Origin: an uncultured Flavobacterium sp.
GTDB taxonomy: Bacteria > Bacteroidota > Bacteroidia > Flavobacteriales > Flavobacteriaceae
DNA: 44,025 nucleotides
NCBI GenBank assembly: GCA_964579755.1
Contig: CAZOHO010000001.1
Coordinates: forward strand, 1 to 44,025
Direction of reading: 5' to 3'
Notes under the pieces: model-generated
What the model was told of the DNA's origin: nothing
Databases searched by the model: none
The model's input: the letters and a program-made list of their open reading frames with translations, nothing else
Part shown: one piece after another, positions 17,792-28,511 of the stretch
Layout of the letters: the number at the start of each line of letters is the position of its first letter
How positions within the stretch are numbered: the stretch's first letter is position 1
Translations under genes and position numbers: made by a program

Positions 17792-20700
17792 TTAATTTCC
17801 AAAATTATATCGAATTGTAAATCCAGATCGAATATTAGTCAACGGAAAAGTCGTTGAAACAACAGCCTTAGAAAAAGAATGATCATAATAGAAAATAGCC
17901 GTTAAGTTTTTACTCAACGAATAATCTGCGGTCACTTTTAATGACCAAATATTTTGCCCTGCTGCCAATTGATTTTTATTATAATCCAAATACCTTACAA
18001 TAGTTTGATTATCTCTTAACGATAAATCAGCTTTCAAATTAATATCACTTTTTATAATTCCTGTAGGATTATCTGCTAATCGCGAAGAGAATATCACATC
18101 CTTAAATCGATACCCTAAACCAATAACATATTCTATTCCTTTCACCTCTGTCAATAAATTATTGTCAAAACTCATCGATAATGCTCTATCTTTTTTGATC
18201 TCTGTTAATACTTTTAACGAATTTTTCAATTCAAAATCCATTCGCACTAACGGACTGAATTGCTCCACCAAATTTACATTAGACATAATGGTCGAATTAA
18301 ATAAATTCCCATTTTTATCGACTCCATTTGGGTTTTTATCATATTCGAAATTGGATCGAAAGGCATTTATAGTATAAGAAGCTCTATAATTATGTTGAAG
18401 CGAAACGCGTTTGAAATTTTTCTTGAAAAATTCATATCGCATAAATCCGTTGTATCGTAACGACCAGTTAGGTAAGGGCAAACTTTTAAAAATTCCCAAA
18501 GAAGCATCATTTACATTTGAGCCCGAATAAGCCGCCAGAAAAGCCGGTAATAAAACGGCTTGATTATTTTTGCCAAAACCTAAAGGAAAACCTTCTGAAT
18601 CAATATTAGAGGGGTTTGTTATGTCAATTCCACGTTGAAGCGCTAGTCGATTGGCTACAACTAGTCGGTTCTCTCTAAAGTCATCAAAAGCTGCTGAAGA
18701 ATTGGCATCACTAGATGAAAAAGCTGTCTTAACTAAAACTGTTGAAATAGAGAATATACCCGAACTATACGGCGATCTTGCATTATAAGTTCCATTAGCT
18801 ACATCGTATTGTTCTGAAAAATTTTCAGAATACGATCGGTCTAACGTTAAATCAATTTTTAAATCTGGAAGTAAATCAACATTAGCTGATGCTTTGAAAA
18901 TTTTATTTTGTACCTGAGTAAAGTTCTGATTGAAATTAGGATAATTAGTTAACCATCCTTGTTTCGCCGCTTCATATCTTACATCATCTTGACTTCCAAA
19001 AATGAATCCTAGTGTAGGCTTAGAAGTTCCTAAAAAACCTATCCCCGGAGTATAGCCTGGAAGTACTGTCCCACTATTATAGGTGTAATTCATTTGAACA
19101 TTTTTCAGACTCGTCAGAACACCAATTAAGCCGTCTACCAATGGATTTGATTGTTTTTGTCGCTCGTTAGTTTTAGCGATTTTTTCTCCTGGTTTAGGTG
19201 GCGTCGTAATTCTCGGTCTCAAATTAATTGCCACATTTGACTTGGTCAACCCTAAATATTTATATAAAGTTTCCATATTAAAAGTGGCATTCAGATTGTT
19301 AGAATTAGCATTCTGAATAGTATTCCCTAAATTATAAGACGCACCTTCTATTTCAATTCTTGATAACGCCTCTGATGCGCGTTGCCAACTATAATCTGCG
19401 GTATAGGAATAAGTAGCCTTTATAAAGCTGAATAGAGGTATCTTATTTATTGGAAGTTCATAGTTTAGTACAACTTGTTGTTGATGTTGATTCGGAGTCC
19501 CAATATTCCAATAATCATCCCAAACTGTCCAACCTTCTTTTGAAGTATTGTCTGAATTCAAATAACTCTTTACAATATTTCCAGAAGATGCCGCATAATT
19601 TAACTTTAACGACTTCGATAAATTATAATTAAAACCGTACTGATAATTGAACGCATAATTCCTTCTATAGAGCGCATCTAAACCTATCCCTTCAACACCA
19701 TCTACTTGCCTAAATTGCTGACGGTTGTATTGTCTAACTATATCAGTATTAAAGGAAACATTAGCAGGTAAAAAATTAAAATTAAAATCCTGAAGTAATT
19801 TCCAATAATTACTTTTCTTCATGAAATTGGCTTTTTTGAAAGGTTCAATTGGTTTTGAATTGAAAGTGTAAGCAAAATCTACTGAAGAACTTACTTGTTG
19901 ATCCGAGTAATCCTCAATTTCAAAATCATGGCGTTGTACTTCGTTAATTGACTGAGAAAAAGTAAAATTTTCTACATCATAAATATGTCCTTTTTTTTCC
20001 GGATTCTTTTCTTTACGAACCCCTATAAAATTAATACTAGTTCGTTTGGTGTAATCAATAGCACGATTGCGAATATTAGCTTTTCGGGCAGCATCAGTTG
20101 TGTTATCCAATAGTTGATTCAATCTAATATCTTGATTAAACGGATCGTACTCTGGAGTGATTATTTCTTCTCCTACGCCATAATTGAATGGCAAGTTAAC
20201 ACCCCAGTTTTTGGGAAACAATTTCCCTAAATTTAAGTTAGTAACAATGTTATATTGCTGAATATCTTCTCGACTTCTTTCGTTTGGACCCTGCTCTAAA
20301 GTTCCAAAACCAATAGTGCTTTTCTTTCCGGAAGCCGACACCGTTGCAAAGTCGGCCATATTGGAATCTACATTCAATATCGCTGCCATACCTCCTTTAT
20401 TATCCATATCGGCTAGCCGAAGTTCGTTGAACCAGACTTCACCTTTAATTCGTCTCGATGTTTCGTTGCTTTTTACCCCTGCCATCAATGTTCGAACTAA
20501 ACCAAAATTTGGATTCCCTTTAATTCCCAATCGAAGTTTGTTGGGTTTGTTGGTTAATTTCGGATCTAATTCATCTTCATTCTGATAGTAAATTCCATCT
20601 TGCGGCAGCGTTATAGGATCGATACTCATCGATTGAATTTTTAATTTGGTCAACAGTTCCAAAGCCAAATCTATTTGATTTTCTTCTGGCCAAACTACTT

Positions 20701-23700
20701 CTGGGCTTAACGGAGAACAATCAGAGTTAGCCGATGATGAGGGTAAAGTTACTTTTAATGGAATCTCGATTTGATAAAAATTTTGCGTAAAATCATTTCC
20801 AAAACGAATAAATCCAATCATCTGATTGTCTCTGATAGCAATTTCATTGGGCAACGATTCTGCATGTAAAAACATTTTCAGTTTGTTAAACTGACGCATA
20901 TCTACGCTTACATTTTTGAATACAGCCCTTGCATCGCCTGTTTCTAAACCATCGCCAGCAACTCGTAATGAAAGTGATTGCTCATCCTGATTAATAACGG
21001 TATTGTTATTATACAATTGTTCTCTAACTACTCCTGGAGGTGTAACGTAATTAATTGGACATCGTTCATTATTTTGTTGAACATTCACTGCTAAAACATC
21101 TAAATCCGTTCTATCATCATCCACATTGGTATCTCTAACATCTAATGTATTTGTATATCTTCTCCATTCACCACGAACCAAATCTAAAGCTCCAAAACGG
21201 AGTACTACAGGATTATTAAATCCTGTCATAAATAGTCTCATGAAACGAATCGAACGAAAATCAGAAATATTTCCAATGGTATTTTGAGGTTGAGAAACCG
21301 GAATCTTAAATTGAATCCAACGTGCTTCGGTTGAAGAACCATTAGGCAATTCTACCTGTGTATTCCTAATGTCCGTAACATAATTTTGCCCTACATTCAT
21401 GTTGGGCATCATATCAATACTATATTCATAATACGCATTGATGGTATTCATAGTATTATCTCTGTTGATATCTTCAACATCTGGAAATGTAGTCGAACCT
21501 CTGTTAGGTGTATCAATTGAAACGGCTGAATTTCCATCAGTTCCATTATAATTTTTATACCTATTAAGAACATCTCCAGTGGCATTCAAATAAAAAGTAT
21601 AATCATCTGCTGCTGGATCTGTTTCAGTAGTGAAATTAGAATAGGTCGAAGCCTCGTCGTCATTTTTTAATCCATCTAATCCAATATCCTGATTAGTTCT
21701 ATTATCAGCATTAGTATCAAATGTATAAATTAATGATTGGGATGCAGGTACATTTCCCCATATCGGTCTTGGATTAGCCAAAATTTGATTCGGGCCTAGT
21801 CCATTTTCATATTGCTTCCTTCCATCTTTCAAGACATCTTCTGAAATTTCGCCTAAGTTGAAATACACTTTCCCTATGTTTGAAGGGGATGAAGCTCCCT
21901 GACCCACATAAGGGTCTAAAACCCAGAACTGAATATATTCTACGTTTCCTTGTTCAAAATTAGTTGCATTGATAGCGCGCATAATTCCTCCGAAATTATC
22001 CCTTGGATTTAACGAAGTTGAAGGATTATTATTATAAGGGCCTCGCTCTGAAGGGTAATAACTTAAATCTAATGTATTCACAACCTGAGATTGTCCCTGA
22101 GCAATATCAGTTAATGGGTAAAGCTCTTTACTAAATATTCTTCTAGTAGAATTTAAAGATACATCTTCGGTTGAAACTCCCGATGGTCTTTGAGTATAAA
22201 AAACGGGATCAATAGAATACCAAGCTAGTTTAGCTCTTTTAAATCCGTAAGTCAAATTATTAGTGCTTTCATTAAAATTGTATAGGCTTTCAGTATCATT
22301 AACTGGTGTAGAAGCTAAGCTCCATGCATAGGGAGAACGCATATCAATTGTCGATTGTGACCCTTCAAAATCATCAACATAAATAGTTGACTCTCCTTGA
22401 AACTGATCTGCTTTTGGAGTGTCTGGTTTCAAAAATGCTATTTCTCCTTTTACTGAAATATTTGAAGGAACATCGGTATCTATATGCGGCAATTTATTAG
22501 CCAATCGTGTTAAAAAAGGAACTTCAGAAGAGAAAGCGGTATTGAACCCAAAAATAGTATTATTCACAGACTCTTGACCAAAACTTGATTTTTGCGTAAA
22601 TGGCTTTTCAGTCATTTTTAAAAATGTAGCACCAACCAGAAACTTATCAGAAATTTTGTGTTCTACATTCACTCCCATAAAACGTCTAGTCTGTTGACCA
22701 AAAATGGAATTATTTTCTAACGATACTTCTATTGGAGTATTAGAGGCTTGTAAGGATGGGTCTAAAATTTGTACTCGACCTAATTGGTAATTTACACTAT
22801 AATCAATTCCTTCTACTAAAACTCTTCCGGCGGCTGATACTCGCACAGAACCTTGAGGAACGTTAAATGCACCTATTGGTATTCCGTCACCTGTAGAAGA
22901 TTTGTACTTTCCTCTCAGTAAGAATTTGTTTTTCTCACTCTCTTGTAATGCTCCAGATTGTGTATTTCGATACATATTCCTGAAAACATATTTTTTTTGA
23001 TTCGAGTTATAGGTATCGACATCACTGTACTTTTCTCCCGAGCCTATATTGGATAATTTCGAAAAAAGTAATTCTCCAAAAGGTTCTTTCACCGTAAAAA
23101 TAATTCGACCGTTTTGAGCATCAATTGTCAACCCAGGCATAAAATCAAAAAAACCATCTCCTCCTACTTGCGGATCATTATTATAATTCAATTTATCCAA
23201 ATTGAAAACTTTTAACAAAGGAGTTTCTGCCACTTTATTTTCTGGGATTGGATTCACAGGAAAGGGAGTTCCTAATACTGGGGTAATATAATTTAAAGGA
23301 GAAGGATCGGTATACAGAATATTAAATCTAAAATCCTCTTTCTTTAATTGATAACCTCCCGGTATTTGATAAATATTTTTCATCATCAAATTCCAAACAG
23401 GATTTTTAACATTCGTCAAATTACTTTTAAGCATCTTTAGAATTAAGCTCTGAGTAATTACCGCCTGAGTAGAAGGCGTATTTCCTGTTACCACAGTAGC
23501 ATCTACTCCATCATTACCAAACTCACCAACCTGATATACTTTATCTCCGATAGTATATTGATACGCTACCGCCAATACCTCATCGTTAGCTAATTTTTGT
23601 TGTAATGAAATGTATCCTAATTGTGGATGAAAAGTATATTCGTTTGGATTTAACTTTCTGGCATTTTCCAATTTAGAATAGTCTTGTCCTTCACTCACTG

Positions 23701-24955
23701 AGATATTAAATCCAGAACTAGCAGAAGCCATTTCACGGATATTACTATTCAATAATCCTGTACCTAATTTTATTTGATCTGGATCATAATCATTATTGGT
23801 ATTATCTGAAGGAGAATCAGCCGGTTGATTAAAAATTCCTGTGGCAGGATTCAAAACAACAACCTCACTGTCCGGCAATCCTGTCAATTGACTCTCTCCC
23901 AAATCCTGAATTGCAATAATATTTCTAATATTATTATTAGTAGTTGTGATTCTATTTTGTCTATTGGTTACCCAAATTTCCAATCTAGTAATTTGAACTC
24001 TACTTTCTATGAATGGATAATTTTTAAGGGCTGCATCATACCTACTTCTAAAATATTGGGATAAAAAAAAGTGTCTGTCACTATCATAATCCAAAGCAAA
24101 AATATCAAAATTCTGAACCGTTCCTCCACCTTCAGCAACGACGCTTTTTGTCTTAGACTTTTGTTCAGAAAAAACTCCTGTAACGGTTGTCTTTCCGAAT
24201 TGTAATTTTGTTTTCACTCCAAATAAACTCTGTGCACCACGAATTAAGGTACTGTTTAATGGCATACTTACGTTACCTACCTCAATATTTTGTATGATAG
24301 CATCATCACTAGCACTATAAGTAGGGTCGTAAGCAATCTTAATTAAATTTTGAAAAGAAAACGTAGACTGTGTATCATAATTGGCATTAACACTCAGGCG
24401 TTTTCCGACCTTACCTGTCAATCCCAAACTTATCCTTTGATTAAAATCAAAAGTAGTTGTAGAACGATTTCTTAGCGAAAAAGAAGGGTTGTCTTGTTTA
24501 GTATACCGCATCCCTAAATCCATCTCAACAGAACCCGTAGGTTTTACATCGATGGTATTCCCTCCAAAAATAGTTTCAAACAAACCTGATTTAACGTAAT
24601 ATTTAGGTAACAAATCCTTTTTTGCTGCGTCAGCGCCTTGTTTTTTGCCGTCTACAGCATCCGATTTTTTTCTGAAATAATTACGCATTGATTCTTTCAA
24701 AACCAAATTCTCGTATTCTTTCGGAGTCAAAATTATAGGGTAATCTATGGTAAACCCATCTACCGTATTGGTATACACATACCTATCGGTAACAGGATCA
24801 TAGGTATATCCCGAGAGTACACTTTTAGGATTTTTAATAGCAATTTTACCAAAAGAAAATCCTTTAGGAATAGTATCTTGAGCAGCAGGTGCAACTTGAG
24901 CTTGAACTACATAAGTAGAAAATAAAATTAGCAATAGCTGACAAATTTTATTCAT
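17792..24955 (-). CDS. sprA: Type IX secretion system translocon SprA (Sov)
   Basis: 2387 aa with signal peptide, GAQSLFGVK, YVDDFEGS, NLGEISEDVLKDGRK, GEVWFNELRL and C-terminal RYNFGN. ruvA-sprA-gcvH order. Confidence 0.96.
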   Translation of the reverse strand: MNKICQLLLILFSTYVVQAQVAPAAQDTIPKGFSFGKIAIKNPKSVLSGYTYDPVTDRYVYTNTVDGFTIDYPIILTPKEYENLVLKESMRNYFRKKSDAVDGKKQGADAAKKDLLPKYYVKSGLFETIFGGNTIDVKPTGSVEMDLGMRYTKQDNPSFSLRNRSTTTFDFNQRISLGLTGKVGKRLSVNANYDTQSTFSFQNLIKIAYDPTYSASDDAIIQNIEVGNVSMPLNSTLIRGAQSLFGVKTKLQFGKTTVTGVFSEQKSKTKSVVAEGGGTVQNFDIFALDYDSDRHFFLSQYFRSRYDAALKNYPFIESRVQITRLEIWVTNRQNRITTTNNNIRNIIAIQDLGESQLTGLPDSEVVVLNPATGIFNQPADSPSDNTNNDYDPDQIKLGTGLLNSNIREMASASSGFNISVSEGQDYSKLENARKLNPNEYTFHPQLGYISLQQKLANDEVLAVAYQYTIGDKVYQVGEFGNDGVDATVVTGNTPSTQAVITQSLILKMLKSNLTNVKNPVWNLMMKNIYQIPGGYQLKKEDFRFNILYTDPSPLNYITPVLGTPFPVNPIPENKVAETPLLKVFNLDKLNYNNDPQVGGDGFFDFMPGLTIDAQNGRIIFTVKEPFGELLFSKLSNIGSGEKYSDVDTYNSNQKKYVFRNMYRNTQSGALQESEKNKFLLRGKYKSSTGDGIPIGAFNVPQGSVRVSAAGRVLVEGIDYSVNYQLGRVQILDPSLQASNTPIEVSLENNSIFGQQTRRFMGVNVEHKISDKFLVGATFLKMTEKPFTQKSSFGQESVNNTIFGFNTAFSSEVPFLTRLANKLPHIDTDVPSNISVKGEIAFLKPDTPKADQFQGESTIYVDDFEGSQSTIDMRSPYAWSLASTPVNDTESLYNFNESTNNLTYGFKRAKLAWYSIDPVFYTQRPSGVSTEDVSLNSTRRIFSKELYPLTDIAQGQSQVVNTLDLSYYPSERGPYNNNPSTSLNPRDNFGGIMRAINATNFEQGNVEYIQFWVLDPYVGQGASSPSNIGKVYFNLGEISEDVLKDGRKQYENGLGPNQILANPRPIWGNVPASQSLIYTFDTNADNRTNQDIGLDGLKNDDEASTYSNFTTETDPAADDYTFYLNATGDVLNRYKNYNGTDGNSAVSIDTPNRGSTTFPDVEDINRDNTMNTINAYYEYSIDMMPNMNVGQNYVTDIRNTQVELPNGSSTEARWIQFKIPVSQPQNTIGNISDFRSIRFMRLFMTGFNNPVVLRFGALDLVRGEWRRYTNTLDVRDTNVDDDRTDLDVLAVNVQQNNERCPINYVTPPGVVREQLYNNNTVINQDEQSLSLRVAGDGLETGDARAVFKNVSVDMRQFNKLKMFLHAESLPNEIAIRDNQMIGFIRFGNDFTQNFYQIEIPLKVTLPSSSANSDCSPLSPEVVWPEENQIDLALELLTKLKIQSMSIDPITLPQDGIYYQNEDELDPKLTNKPNKLRLGIKGNPNFGLVRTLMAGVKSNETSRRIKGEVWFNELRLADMDNKGGMAAILNVDSNMADFATVSASGKKSTIGFGTLEQGPNERSREDIQQYNIVTNLNLGKLFPKNWGVNLPFNYGVGEEIITPEYDPFNQDIRLNQLLDNTTDAARKANIRNRAIDYTKRTSINFIGVRKEKNPEKKGHIYDVENFTFSQSINEVQRHDFEIEDYSDQQVSSSVDFAYTFNSKPIEPFKKANFMKKSNYWKLLQDFNFNFLPANVSFNTDIVRQYNRQQFRQVDGVEGIGLDALYRRNYAFNYQYGFNYNLSKSLKLNYAASSGNIVKSYLNSDNTSKEGWTVWDDYWNIGTPNQHQQQVVLNYELPINKIPLFSFIKATYSYTADYSWQRASEALSRIEIEGASYNLGNTIQNANSNNLNATFNMETLYKYLGLTKSNVAINLRPRITTPPKPGEKIAKTNERQKQSNPLVDGLIGVLTSLKNVQMNYTYNSGTVLPGYTPGIGFLGTSKPTLGFIFGSQDDVRYEAAKQGWLTNYPNFNQNFTQVQNKIFKASANVDLLPDLKIDLTLDRSYSENFSEQYDVANGTYNARSPYSSGIFSISTVLVKTAFSSSDANSSAAFDDFRENRLVVANRLALQRGIDITNPSNIDSEGFPLGFGKNNQAVLLPAFLAAYSGSNVNDASLGIFKSLPLPNWSLRYNGFMRYEFFKKNFKRVSLQHNYRASYTINAFRSNFEYDKNPNGVDKNGNLFNSTIMSNVNLVEQFSPLVRMDFELKNSLKVLTEIKKDRALSMSFDNNLLTEVKGIEYVIGLGYRFKDVIFSSRLADNPTGIIKSDINLKADLSLRDNQTIVRYLDYNKNQLAAGQNIWSLKVTADYSLSKNLTAIFYYDHSFSKAVVSTTFPLTNIRSGFTIRYNFGN

Positions 24956-24978
24956 AAATTCACTGTTTCTTTATGCAA

Positions 24979-25560
24979 TTACAAACTCTTTAATGCTTTT
25001 TTAATAATCGATTCTACAGAAGCATCTGGATCTTCTTTGATAATTTTTTCAATTACTTTTTCCGAAGTTTTGCGAACAAAACCTAATACCTCCAAAGCAG
25101 ATAACGCTTCATCTCGATTTGTATTGTTCTGCACCATTGAAACTTCATCTAAATCGTATAATTTAATGACTTTTTCCTTTAAATCTAGAATGACTCTTTG
25201 AGCGGTTTTGTTTCCAATACCTTTTATGGATTGGACGGTACCTACATCTCCTGAAGCTATTGCTTGAATTATTTGTTTGGGCTCTAATGACGAAAGCATC
25301 GTTCTAGCGATACTAGCTCCAATTCCAGAAACAGACAAAAGCATTTTAAAAATCTCTCTTTCTGATTTTTCGAAAAATCCAAATAAAGTATGCGCATCTT
25401 CTTTTACTTGAAGATACGTAAATAATTTAATTTGGTCTGAATTGGGAAGCAAAGAATAGGTGTGTAACGAAATATTAATTTTGTACCCAACACCACCACA
25501 ATCAATCACGACTTCGGTGGGTGTTTTCTCAACTAATTTTCCTTGAATATGTGCTATCAT
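24979..25560 (-). CDS. ruvA: Holliday junction branch migration protein RuvA
   Basis: GGVGY, VKEDAHTLFGF, VSGIG and IKGIGNKTAQRV HhH motifs, and ALEVLGF. Confidence 0.97.
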   Translation of the reverse strand: MIAHIQGKLVEKTPTEVVIDCGGVGYKINISLHTYSLLPNSDQIKLFTYLQVKEDAHTLFGFFEKSEREIFKMLLSVSGIGASIARTMLSSLEPKQIIQAIASGDVGTVQSIKGIGNKTAQRVILDLKEKVIKLYDLDEVSMVQNNTNRDEALSALEVLGFVRKTSEKVIEKIIKEDPDASVESIIKKALKSL

Positions 25561-25592
25561 AATTATGTAGGGGATAAATTACTTATCGTATT

Positions 25593-27869
25593 TTAATTAT
25601 TTTTCTCTTTTTCTTGAGCATCAATTACTGCAATAGCAGCCATGTTAACCATTTCTTCGACACTTGCTCCTAATTGAAAGATGTGAACTGGCTTACCCAT
25701 TCCTAACATAATTGGCCCAATTGACTCTACATTATTCAATTCTTTCAATAATTTATAGGTGATATTTGCCGACTCTAAATTGGGAAAAATTAAGGTATTT
25801 ACCTTTTTACCTGCCAATTTAGAAAATGGGAATTTTTTCTCCAACATCTCTTGATTTAGTGCAAAATCAGCTTGAATTTCTCCATCTACTATCAAATCAG
25901 GATGATTTTTATGCAAATAAGCAACTGCCTCTCTCACTTTAGCTGCACCCTCATTGGTTGACGAACCAAAATTAGAGAACGACACCATGGCAATTACAGG
26001 CTCTACTCCAAACATTCGAGCCGTATTAGCAGTCATAATCGCAATTTTAGCCAAGTCATCGGCAGAAGGATTAATATTGATAGCTGTATCCGACAAAAAC
26101 ATTGGCCCACGAGCCGTCATCATCATATTAGTAGTAGCCACAATTGAAACTCCTGGCGCTTTATCAATTAACTGCAACATTGGTTTTACTACCGAAGGGT
26201 AACTTCTTGAATGACCAGAAACTAAAGCATCAGCCTCTCCTTCGTTCACCATCATAGCAGCAAAATAGTTTCTTTCTCGCATTAATTTTTGAGCGTCTAA
26301 CAACGAAATTCCTCTTCTTTGTCTTGTTTTCCAATACGCATTTGCAAATCGATTTCGTCTATCTTCTTCCTCAGCAATTTTAGTATCTATAATTGCAACA
26401 TCGGCAACAAAACCTATTTCTTCTTTTAGTTCTTGAATCACTTCTTTGTCTCCTAACAAAATAGGGAAACCAATTCCTTCTTCGTATACAATTTGAGCTG
26501 CTTTCAGTACATCCAAATGATCTGCTTCGGCAAAAACAATACGTTTAGGATCTCTTTTGGCCCTATTGGTAATCAAACGAACCATTTTATTATCGTTGCC
26601 TAAACGTTCTAAAAGCGATTCTTCATATTCGTTCCAATCAGTAATTGGGTTTAACGCTACTCCTGAATCCATAGCAGCTTTAGCCACAGCAGGTGCTACC
26701 ACCGTAATTAATCTTGGATCAAACGGAGAAGGAATAATGTATTCTCTACCAAAAGTCAATTTAGTCACTCCGTAAGCAATGTTCACTTGTTCGGGCACAT
26801 TTTCTTTTGCCAAAGCTGCCAAAGCTCTTACTGCAGCCATTTTCATTGCCTCGTTAATTTTGGTAGCGCGAACATCTAATGCACCTCTAAAAATATAAGG
26901 AAAACCAAGTACATTATTCACTTGATTAGGAAAATCAGATCTTCCCGTAGCCATGATTACATCTTTTCGAGTAGCTACAGCTAAATTATAATCGATTTCT
27001 GGAGTTGGATTTGCCATAGCAAAAACAATAGGATTTTCTGCCATAGTCAATAGCATTTCAGGCGACATAATATCTCCTGACGATAATCCTAAGAAAATAT
27101 CAGCACCAACTAAGGCTTCCGCCAAGGTCATTTGTGCCGAATCTTTAGCATATTTTTGTTGCAAAGGCGATAGCGATGGATTGTCTTTAGTCAACAATCC
27201 TTTGCTATTGAACATCAATATATTTTCTAATTTAACTCCTAATAAAATATACAAATCAGCACAAGCTAAAGCCGCAGAACCTGCGCCTGAAACTACCATT
27301 TTCATGTCTTCTGCTTTTTTTCCTGCCAATTCTAAGGCATTCAAAAGTGCTGCCGAAGAAATAATAGCAGTTCCGTGTTGGTCATCGTGCATTACTGGAA
27401 TATTCAATTCGTCTACCAAACGACGCTCAATCTCAAACGATTCAGGTGCTTTGATATCTTCTAAATTGATTCCTCCAAAAGTGGGCGCAATATTTTTAAC
27501 CGTTTGAATGAATTCTTCCACATTTTTGGTGTCTACCTCAATGTCAAATACATCAATTCCTGCGAAAATTTTAAATAACAACCCTTTTCCTTCCATTACT
27601 GGTTTAGAAGCTTCTGGACCAATATCTCCCAATCCCAAAACAGCAGTACCGTTTGAGATTACAGCTACTAAATTCCCTTTTGTAGTATATTTATAAACGT
27701 CGTTAACGTCTTTTGCAATTTCAAGACAAGGTTCTGCTACCCCCGGAGAATAAGCTAGAGACAAATCTCTTTGCGTAGCGTATTTTTTAGTTGGAAGTAC
27801 TTGTATTTTACCTGGCTGGGGTTTTGAATGATATAATAAAGCCTCACTTTTTTTATTATTTTTATCCAT
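25593..27869 (-). CDS. maeB: NADP-dependent malic enzyme with C-terminal phosphotransacetylase-like domain
   Basis: LSLAYSPGVAEPC, NGTAVLGLGDIG, INLEDI, HDDQHGTA, TGRSDFPNQVNN, plus a PTA-like domain (DGEIQAD, FPNLESANI). Confidence 0.96.
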   Translation of the reverse strand: MDKNNKKSEALLYHSKPQPGKIQVLPTKKYATQRDLSLAYSPGVAEPCLEIAKDVNDVYKYTTKGNLVAVISNGTAVLGLGDIGPEASKPVMEGKGLLFKIFAGIDVFDIEVDTKNVEEFIQTVKNIAPTFGGINLEDIKAPESFEIERRLVDELNIPVMHDDQHGTAIISSAALLNALELAGKKAEDMKMVVSGAGSAALACADLYILLGVKLENILMFNSKGLLTKDNPSLSPLQQKYAKDSAQMTLAEALVGADIFLGLSSGDIMSPEMLLTMAENPIVFAMANPTPEIDYNLAVATRKDVIMATGRSDFPNQVNNVLGFPYIFRGALDVRATKINEAMKMAAVRALAALAKENVPEQVNIAYGVTKLTFGREYIIPSPFDPRLITVVAPAVAKAAMDSGVALNPITDWNEYEESLLERLGNDNKMVRLITNRAKRDPKRIVFAEADHLDVLKAAQIVYEEGIGFPILLGDKEVIQELKEEIGFVADVAIIDTKIAEEEDRRNRFANAYWKTRQRRGISLLDAQKLMRERNYFAAMMVNEGEADALVSGHSRSYPSVVKPMLQLIDKAPGVSIVATTNMMMTARGPMFLSDTAININPSADDLAKIAIMTANTARMFGVEPVIAMVSFSNFGSSTNEGAAKVREAVAYLHKNHPDLIVDGEIQADFALNQEMLEKKFPFSKLAGKKVNTLIFPNLESANITYKLLKELNNVESIGPIMLGMGKPVHIFQLGASVEEMVNMAAIAVIDAQEKEKNN

Positions 27870-27892
27870 TTTTGTTATATTTTTCTGATTGA

Positions 27893-27900
27893 CAAAGATA
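27893..27900 (-). promoter_or_regulatory. -7 promoter box for maeB-ruvA-sprA
   Basis: Minus strand TATCTTTG, 23 nt upstream of the ATG. Confidence 0.6.
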
Positions 27901-27973
27901 GAACTCTTGAGTTAAAAAGGAGTATTTAAGTAGATTCTTTTGCAGGAAAGAGCTCAATTTTCGAGTAGTAGTC

Positions 27974-28006
27974 AAAAAAAACAGCTACCAATTACTGTAG
28001 CTGTTT
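27974..28006 (-). terminator. Intrinsic terminator after CBS gene
   Basis: AAACAGCTAC-N8-GTAGCTGTTT, with an A-run on the plus strand (U-run on minus). Confidence 0.8.
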
Positions 28007-28025
28007 CAAATTTAATTCTAACTAT

Positions 28026-28451
28026 TTATTGCGTTATATACGAATTCAAATGATTAATCGTGTCTTTTTGAATTTCAATTATAGCTTTAACCACATCACT
28101 AATAGATATGATTCCCACCACAATATTGTTTTCTAATACAGGGAGATGCCTGATTTTTTTAGTATTCATTAATTCCATACAATAATCTAAATTATCAGAT
28201 GGCTTAATCGTAATTACTTCGCTAACCATAATTTCTTTAACTAAAGCATCCTTTGATGACTTGTCTTTTAAAACAATTTTACGAGCATAATCTCTTTCTG
28301 AAAGAATCCCTTTTAAAAGAGTATCCTCAATTACAAGTATTGCCCCAATGTTTTTTTCACTCATTATAGTCAATGCTTCAAACACTGTATTGGTTGAAAG
28401 CACAGAATATACTTCTTTACCTTTAGTACTTAAGATTTGGTTTACAGTCAT
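28026..28451 (-). CDS. CBS domain pair protein
   Basis: GILSERDYARK and IRHLPV...GIISISDVVK. Confidence 0.93.
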   Translation of the reverse strand: MTVNQILSTKGKEVYSVLSTNTVFEALTIMSEKNIGAILVIEDTLLKGILSERDYARKIVLKDKSSKDALVKEIMVSEVITIKPSDNLDYCMELMNTKKIRHLPVLENNIVVGIISISDVVKAIIEIQKDTINHLNSYITQ

Positions 28452-28511
28452 AACAAATTATTTTAGTGAACTATAAAGTTAAAAAAATATTTGTTCGAAT
28501 TACAAAATGAA

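Noticed and set aside
27902-27913. AACTC-TT-GAGTT palindrome beside the maeB -7 box
   Set aside because: Arms of only 5 bp, expected by chance.
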